A DNA stretch of 64,000 bases from Balanoglossus misakiensis (taxonomy: Eukaryota > Animalia > Hemichordata): positions 9,781,519 to 9,845,518 of the forward strand of contig CM082578.2 in the NCBI GenBank assembly GCA_040954595.2, given 5' to 3'. The translations under genes and the position numbers were made by a program. Positions 56,671-64,000 of the stretch are shown here, one piece after another. Numbering within the stretch: the first letter of the stretch is position 1; the number at the start of each line of letters is the position of its first letter. Under the pieces are notes generated by a model. The model ran no database searches and was not told the DNA's origin. It was given only the letters and a program-made list of their open reading frames with translations.

Positions 56671-57448
56671 CATTGCCCTTGGCTGAGACTGAGCTATTGG
56701 AGGATGACGACGGTCTTGTGTTTTTGTGCTGTATTCAAACGCATACTTGATGAACCCTGGGATTCATTATGCAGTGTGAAATTCCTGTGCTCATTTACAA
56801 TTCATTGTCTTTTGGTTTTCTTCAGTTGTCAAATTGCCGACGACAATTTTGAACGCAGATAGTCCACGCATGCCATATCCCACGGTTTTGACGCTCACAT
56901 TTGCACAGAATAGTTCACTGTGGCCCAATTTTCACTGGACACCGGGAAAGGCTTTCAAGGAGATATTGCTATGCAGGCTTTCCACAATTGACTTGCTGAA
57001 TTGACCTCTCCGACCTACAGTACACCGTCAAGGCCCGCCGCCATTACTGCCCGTTTACCACCTAAAACTACCGGTTTTCATATTACCGGTAACCCCCCAT
57101 CCTCCAATTTGCGCCTGCCGGGTGTTGGGTCAATGATCTGGTCCCAAATCACGAGAAGCGACACAAACACTTACTTTGTCCATAAAAACTTTATTGTATC
57201 GTTTGAATATGGCATAAATATATTCAATTTTCAAATTCTTCAAGAATTTTATTTTGATTGTTTGGTTCCGTCACACGTTTGGAATTTCAGACTTTTAGTG
57301 GAGTTGCGCGTCAAAATGAATATTTCCTAAAAATGGCGGGTAAAACAAAATGCGCATGTCCGTTTTCAGCATACATGTAAGCAACTGACAAAGCAAATAT
57401 TTTATAATAATAATAATAACCATATATATTCACTCTTTCATTATATTT

Positions 57449-60400
57449 TCAGTTCTTTTTAAGTTTGGATTTCCTTTGCAATTTCGGTATATCATTGGCC
57501 GCTCTTTTCAGCGCCTCGTTGTGTTCGCGGTAATGTTCGGGCAACTGGAAGAAAGAGAACGTGAACGAACGGGTGAAGTTGAGTACTGAGATGGAGTCCA
57601 GCTTTGGCAAATCCATACTGATGGAGCTTGACACACTGTCGAATGTCGCCTCCGTCGACGTGGTCAAGAAACTGTCCTGGCTTTTGATTTTCGGCACGCC
57701 TGATTTCCGCGCCTGCTGTTTCTTGGACGTCCCCGTTCTCGAGCGCGCGTCGTCTTTCTTGTCAACTCGCGAGAACCTGTCGAACGACATGGATTGCTTC
57801 AGCTGCAGGAGTTCCTCCTTGGTCGGGGAGCGCTTGAGCTTGGCGTCGCCCAGTTGGCCGGGATAGACTTCGGGCACCTTCGGCAGGGTGGTGCTGCGCT
57901 TCATCAGGTCGTCGAACGCGTCGTCGCTCTGCTTGCGCGGCAGCGTGGATCTCATGTACTTCAGCCTCGCCGTCTCCTCGTGGCAGCTCAGACTGCTGTT
58001 GCAGCGCGAGAGGTTTGTGGAACTGGACGGTCTGCTGGAAAAGTTCAGCGGCTCTGCCAGCATCATGCTGCTGCGGCGCCTGGCCCCAACGCCCGCAGAC
58101 GCCGAGCCGTCCTTGGGATATCGATCCCCTTGTCCGGTCTCATTTCTGCTTCTCCCAACGACTTTTCTATCCCCCTTGCCCGTTTTCTTTATAATCTGAC
58201 GCGGCTTCTGCGTCGGCGCATCGCTGTCTTCCTCATCCGCGTCAATCAACGACACGTCGCCTGCATTTTCCAACTCTTCTTCCTTTGTGCCAACTTTGGG
58301 TAATATTGGCTTACCTGCCCCGGCGCGCTTTTTGCCCCGTTTCCCGGCCCTTTTTGCGTTTGTGCCGGAGGGCTTCGATTCCAGGACGCCGCCGTCCTCT
58401 TCCGAAGCTTCCGTGTACGTAGCAACGTTGCCGCCCGAACCTTGTGGACTGGAAAACATGTGCTTTTTGAGCGTCCCAGGCTTCGTGTCCGGTTTTCCAG
58501 TGACGTTTCTGACGGCCAAGTTTTTGATATTTTTCTTGTTGGGCTTAATACTACCCCGCCTGCTCGTTGTTTGTCCGCTGGTGGGCCCACCCTTTGAACC
58601 TCTTCGAGCGGTGTCTAACAAATCCTCCTGAAGGGTAACCACGTGTCCCAGCTTCTCCGCCAGTTCTTTGTCGTGAGTGTGTTTCCCTTTGATTTTGCAC
58701 TTCGGGTCTTTGCAGATATCGTCGTCGCTGTCCTCGGACGAGTCGCCGAGCGCTTCGTCCGTTGTCCGGTCATCAACTCCTGAAGAAGGGTCTTTGCCCC
58801 TCGCTTTTCGGGCCGACAAATCGTAAGACGCGTCATCAATCGACCCACGTGCATCATCGATCGGTTGACGTCCAGAGGATGTCACGGCGCCGGCTTTGGA
58901 GTTAATCCGACTGCTGTCGTTGCGTTGGTAACCCTCACTTGAGTCACGTTCCTCGGCGCATGCGTCCGGGTCCTTTACGGTTTCGGGCAGATCAACTTCG
59001 GCTTCATCCAGTTCTCTGATGCCTTCAACCCATCCCCCGTCCCGTGGACCGCCGCCCCTCCGCCTCTTTCTCCTATCAAACCCCTGGCGACGGTTCACTT
59101 TGCCAGTGGTGTCGGCATCGGCGACATGGCTTCCTGGGCCCCGCTTCTCGTCCGACCGAGTTTCGACACGGTCACTCGCATAGTGACTGGGTATCTGTTG
59201 AAAATTGGGCTCGAATTTGCCTCCCCAGGTGCCTTCGGAGTAAGCATCGTCGCCGTCTGGGAACCTCTCTGCTGTTGGTTTGTCCACGCCAGGTAACGGG
59301 AAATGTCCACTAGTGGCAGTGGGAAGACCGCCGTCAGTCTGGTCATCATGATACTGCGACGAGACGTGCGATCCACGGTCGCTTGAAGCGTATACTCTGA
59401 CCCCGGGCATCACCCCCGATGGACCATTTGGCATGAACTCCCCATTTGGCCCCCAGTGCCCATTGGGATAAAACTGTCCATCGGGGCCCATTTGGCCGCC
59501 GGGTGAAAGGTACCGTCGGGTTCGAAGCGGCCGTTGGGGTAATACAAGCCATTTGGGCCGATAGCTCCGCGCAGCAGCTTGCCGTCGGGCCCGTAGTCGG
59601 GCTGCGGTGGTCCACCAGGTCGAAATGTCCCGTCCGCTTCGTAACGTCCCCTCGGATAGAAAAGTCCATCCGGTCCCTTCACGCGAGTCTCTTGCCTGCT
59701 TTTCGCCATCTCTGCCACTGTCTTGAAGGACATCCCGACCTCATCGCCCGGGTAAAAAGTCCCGTCTGGTCCATACTTGCCGTGAATGTAATATTTCCCA
59801 TCAGGACCCATGACAAGGGGTTGGAACCTCCCATCCTTGCCAACCCTTCCTACGGGATTGAAACGCCCGTCCGGACCATAGGAACCTGGGTAAAAAGCGC
59901 CATCGGGTCCGATCTGCCCAATCGTGCCACCGGGGGCGAGTCCAGGGCTACCGCTGAAAGCAAACAGCCCATCTAGTTTGAAGTCGGCTGTAAAGATAAA
60001 AAGACAGACTATTATGAGACTTTCTAGTGATTGTAAAAGAAAACTGGAGAACAGTATGTGTTGCAACATACAAATATACAAAGCAGGAATAACCATCCGT
60101 TCTCACCGATTCTTAACTTTGCTGTGTTACTAAGCCCATACACGAGTATAAAATCAGCAAATGAGAAAGGGCACTTACAAGAAGCCACCGAGTTCAAGCT
60201 TGGTCCAAGTTGCTCCTCAGTTTTGAGCGTGTCTTCCGATGGTCCAAAACTGAAACCTTGTTTCACACCACCACTATCGCCAGCCCTGGTCTGTTTGTCA
60301 TTTGGGCTGCCACCGAGGGCGCTCTTCTCGCCAGCTTCATCTTTCTGGTGGCCAGTTGATTTTGTCCTCAGGCTGCCTTCAGTTGTCTCTGCTCGGTCCT

Positions 60401-63400
60401 TGTCACGAGCCGTAGATTCTTTTTCCACTTTCTTTGCCGCTTTCCCGCGAGCCTTTGTGGGAACATCTGTTGGGGTGAAGGTGGTGGAAAAACCAAAGTC
60501 GTCAATTGAACCGAAGAACATCAGTCAACACCGCGTCATGCGTTTATATTTAGCGTAGGCACTTAGGTAATTGTAGTTTCTTTTGATAAGTTGACGTTTG
60601 CCCAATTAGGACAAGAAAAGTTGACAGAATAACTGAATGATGGATTGAATAACTGAAAGGTGTTTCCCCCTGGATGCCATAAAAATAATGTGCATTTCAG
60701 AAAAGTAGACCTAAACTGAAGGCGAATATAACAAATTAAATCTCATTACGCTGACCTGGTTTCTCACCGATGCTTTGAATTAGAACGGCTTCTTCGGAAC
60801 TATCGACGCCGTTGGATTGCTCGTCTCCCGTGCTGTCGTACTCCGTCGCGGTCGTTGACGAACTGTTCGAGCTGTCGAATACGAGCTTGCCGTCTGCCTC
60901 CTTCCCGCCCTTATTCTTGACGTGCCGCTTTGGAACGCCCCTATTGGTCACCTTCACGCTATCGTGCTTGATTATGATGGTGGCGGTCTTTCCATGCTCC
61001 GTCAGATCACTCAAATTCTGTAAGGGAATATTGGGAATCAGAGAAGGGTTTGTTATCTACCTTCGATAGCTCAGTTGGTAGAGCGGAGGACTGTAGTCGT
61101 CAATGCTTAGACATCCTTAGGTCGCTGGTTCGAATCCGGCTCGAAGGACGATATTTTTACGTTTTTTCCCCCAAGAGCGTCGATCTATCTCCTTCTTTGT
61201 TTTTTATTCGATGCAAAGTTGTGTCATTTTACTGTACCTTGCATTGTACAATGTTGTAATAATAGAAATGTACGAGATCAAGGTACGTGGTTAGTTTGTA
61301 GACTGCAGGTCGTCCGTCGTTCATGGCGTCATTATTTCAAGGGATTACAAGTTGGAAAACAGAAAGAGCTTCCAGAGAGAACCTCCAGTTGAATTTGCTT
61401 TATGTAAACTCTGATCCAGAGACTTTGCCTTTTTCTCCCCCACGTCAGTAGTTGTCATTTCGATTGCTCTCTTCCTCCTCTTTTCTATGCCAATCCCTCC
61501 ACCAACGAAAAATAACCATGAAATAAGTGGGAACAAATTGGCCGGAGATGACGATTTCATTAGCGATACCAGCTTTCTCTATGAGAATTGAACTGGCCCA
61601 GCACGAATTTTCTTGAAATTTACTTTTACTCAAAAAGGAATAAAAAAAAACACCAACGTCGATGTTGACTTTTGCAATTAAGGAAAAAAATCCTTCGAGC
61701 CGGATTCGAACCAGCGACCTAAGGATGACTATGCGTGAATGCCTCTACAGTCCTCCGCTCTACCAACTGAGCTATCGAAGGGTGATGAATACCGCTGGTA
61801 CAAAGGACAAAGCTGACAATCACCGTGGTATTAATTAACGTGTGTTTGTACGGTAGTTTATTTGGGAGTGATTGGGAGGAGTCGTTTAGGTTTTCTAAGA
61901 ATGTATCACTCCGTACCTGTAATAGCTGAGAACTCTGTGTATTCAGCCTGTAAGTGGGACCCCGTGTTGGTATGGGAAGCTCCTCACACTTGTCTGGCAG
62001 GAGGCCATATTCCTTCCAATGACTCAGGCATCTTGGGCAGTGGAACACTGGACGGGCTATGTTTCCGGGTGTGAAGTCTCGCTTTACGATCTGGAGAGAG
62101 AATTAGATGTCGTTTTGATTCATGTTTTTTTTCCATGTAAACACGTGTGCATGTAGTTTGTCTATGGCTTAATCTACCAGCATTTTTAGAGACACGTTAC
62201 GTTTCCATTCTATTTGGTGTGGGCGCGCCCTCAAACGACGGATTTTTCAATCTAGTGGTCTCCGGACCCTTTTGGCCGTGTAACTGTAAGGCAGCATGAT
62301 CTATATATCGCTATGGTGACGAGCGCGCATGCCGCAGACAAGTGTAATTACACGCCCATTTCCATAAGCCAATCATCGGTCTTCGAAAGCACTGAATGGT
62401 TCGCTCTCTCTATCTACCTTCGGAATCGAATACAAGCATTCCTCCTGAACAGGTACGCCGATCAAAGATCACTTGGCCTGCTCACGACTCACGTTTCAAA
62501 GTTTGCGTCGCTATGTGCTTATCGCGTGACGTTGACAGTCCGGCATCCAAATCATCCTGAGAAGCAGATGGCATTTTTTTCGTGTATGAATTCAAGAGTG
62601 AGAATTGGACCGATTCCAGAGCTTTCATCACTCAGTCTTGGTTTGAAATGCCCGCCGCTTTATATTGCTATCAAGATCTTTATTAACATTCTTTTGTGGT
62701 GAGCAAAATTTTCCTAAACTCACCAGTCAGGCGAAAAAAACGGGGAAATGCAGGTACAAATATACGTACAAGGAAAATGATTTCGCATTTCTAATTGATT
62801 TCGTGGTTAGGGATATAAGTTACATATTCGATGCCGTAGGAATAATCTGAGAGAACCTCCATAGGAAAAGCCCGATTCCTAACTCTATACACAGCCACTC
62901 CACAGCTAGGTTTTCTATACTATGGAAATGTTTGTCCTCACCTCTATAGTAATTCCCATAGAATGGCACATTAGCAGCTCTTCCAGTTGTTTGTGCAGCG
63001 CCGACACGTCTTCGTCGCAATCGCGAAACACTTGTCCCAAGGTGCGTGATTTCTGTTGGAGGGAAATTAATGACATGTGAAATGATTTTTGTCCACCACC
63101 TGTTGGAGTAAGCGGTGTGACATTTGACATTTTCGGATTTCCTCTCATTTAAAAAAAAGTAGTTTGTCGTCCTTGGATCGGACAAGGAGAGATTCTTTAC
63201 CCGCCACATCTGCCGACCAGGTACCGAGAGTTCTATTGAACTACAACAGCAAGGTACAACAAGAGCGGGAAAGAAAGGGAGACAACAGAAACGTGTTTTC
63301 TTCAACAATTTAGTTCTGCAAACACCGTGTTTACACACGGCGCTTAATCAGAACAATCTGGAGCTCCTCGGCATTATCTACAGTTGTTTTGTCATCATCT

Positions 63401-63663
63401 TCACTCAAACAGTGATTGGCAAATACGTCACCCGAAACGCCGTCGATAAAAGTTAACTTTCACTAGTTTGACGTGACAGAATACACCGACACGGTGTCGA
63501 CATCTCATTGGCTCACCTCTCCGTGTTTCTTGAGCGGCTCCGTCGGGGTCCTCGGCGGCGGCAACTGAAGATCCTGGCCCATGATGGACAGCGAGACGTC
63601 CTGGCGACTGCTTTTGTTGCTTGGGGGTTCGGATCCATGGTGTAAATCGGGCAGTTGCGAATA
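57449..63663 (-). CDS. Uncharacterised protein (about 1170 codons if corrected) with GPDG repeats and long low-complexity charged region; 1-bp frameshift at ~59502; start uncertain
   Basis: Exons 63663-63517, 63052-62942, 62090-61917, 61017-60768, 60466-60179, 59987-57449 with AG/GT ends and compatible phases. The terminal exon is split between ORFs 59410-60096 and 57449-59491, which join if one base is added in the G run at 59501-59503. Candidate start is atcATGG at 63582, or an exon further upstream. Minus-strand AATAAA at 57190-57195. Confidence 0.75.
61060..61148 (+). tRNA. tRNA-Tyr(GUA) with 16-nt intron (61097-61112)
   Basis: Same mature body, distinct intron tcgtcaatgcttagac, T5 and T6 runs downstream. 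Confidence 0.97.
61691..61781 (-). tRNA. tRNA-Tyr(GUA) with 18-nt intron
   Basis: Minus-strand copy, intron identical to the 56244 copy, T7 terminator directly after the 3' end. Confidence 0.97.
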
Positions 63664-64000
63664 CTGCGGGCAAACAAGAGATGGGGAATCGGTCAATACT
63701 TGTGTGAGTGTGTGTGTGTGGGGGGGGGGGGGGGTACCGTGATTAAAGGAATGTGATGGTTGGAGAGTTTTATCGAGATACATCGCGGCTTTGAGGAGAT
63801 ATGGTTTTTTTTATTTTCCTTGCTTACTGAGCTTTCGACCGAGAATAACTAACTTCAAGCGATAGCTTGAATAGTATCCAGTCTCACCTAAAAGGTCACG
63901 CGTTTGCATCCAAACATTTTCTCATATGAGAACAACCCCTCCAATGGTCAATGCGTGCCATTAGATGGAAGGTAACTCGCACTTTAATGAGCGACAAGTA

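Noticed and set aside
57561-60558. Plus-strand ORFs opposite the uncharacterised gene
   Set aside because: Shadow frames of a GC-rich exon.
61345-61633. ORFs between the two intronic tRNAs as an extra exon
   Set aside because: No convincing acceptor/donor pair; the flanking exons join in phase without it.

Overview
Eukaryotic (animal) genomic DNA. Intron-rich genes and protein resemblances suggest an invertebrate deuterostome such as a hemichordate or echinoderm; this is inference. Four protein-coding genes can be assembled by hand with GT-AG junctions and consistent phases. (1) An LRIG-family LRR/Ig transmembrane gene (+, 16 exons, 4378-16425; first exon lies upstream of the window). (2) A complete 10-exon DALRD3 gene (-, 21106-43290), convergent with LRIG. 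(3) A single-coding-exon KLF15-like zinc-finger gene (+, 46463-47695), head-to-head with DALRD3. (4) An uncharacterised ~1170-codon gene (-, 57449 to at least 63663) with about 12 GPDG-type repeats and a 1-bp frameshift at ~59502. Four intron-containing tRNA-Tyr(GUA) genes surround gene 4, two of them inside one of its introns. Most notable oddities: a seemingly perfect 206-bp copy of gene 4 coding sequence 1.1 kb downstream, two long G:U-biased hairpins in DALRD3 intron 1, a TTAA-flanked 85-bp MITE family, CTCF-like sites between the convergent genes, and hints of a spliced antisense transcript inside DALRD3. No novel system can be established from sequence alone; all alignments and homologies were judged by eye or from memory.
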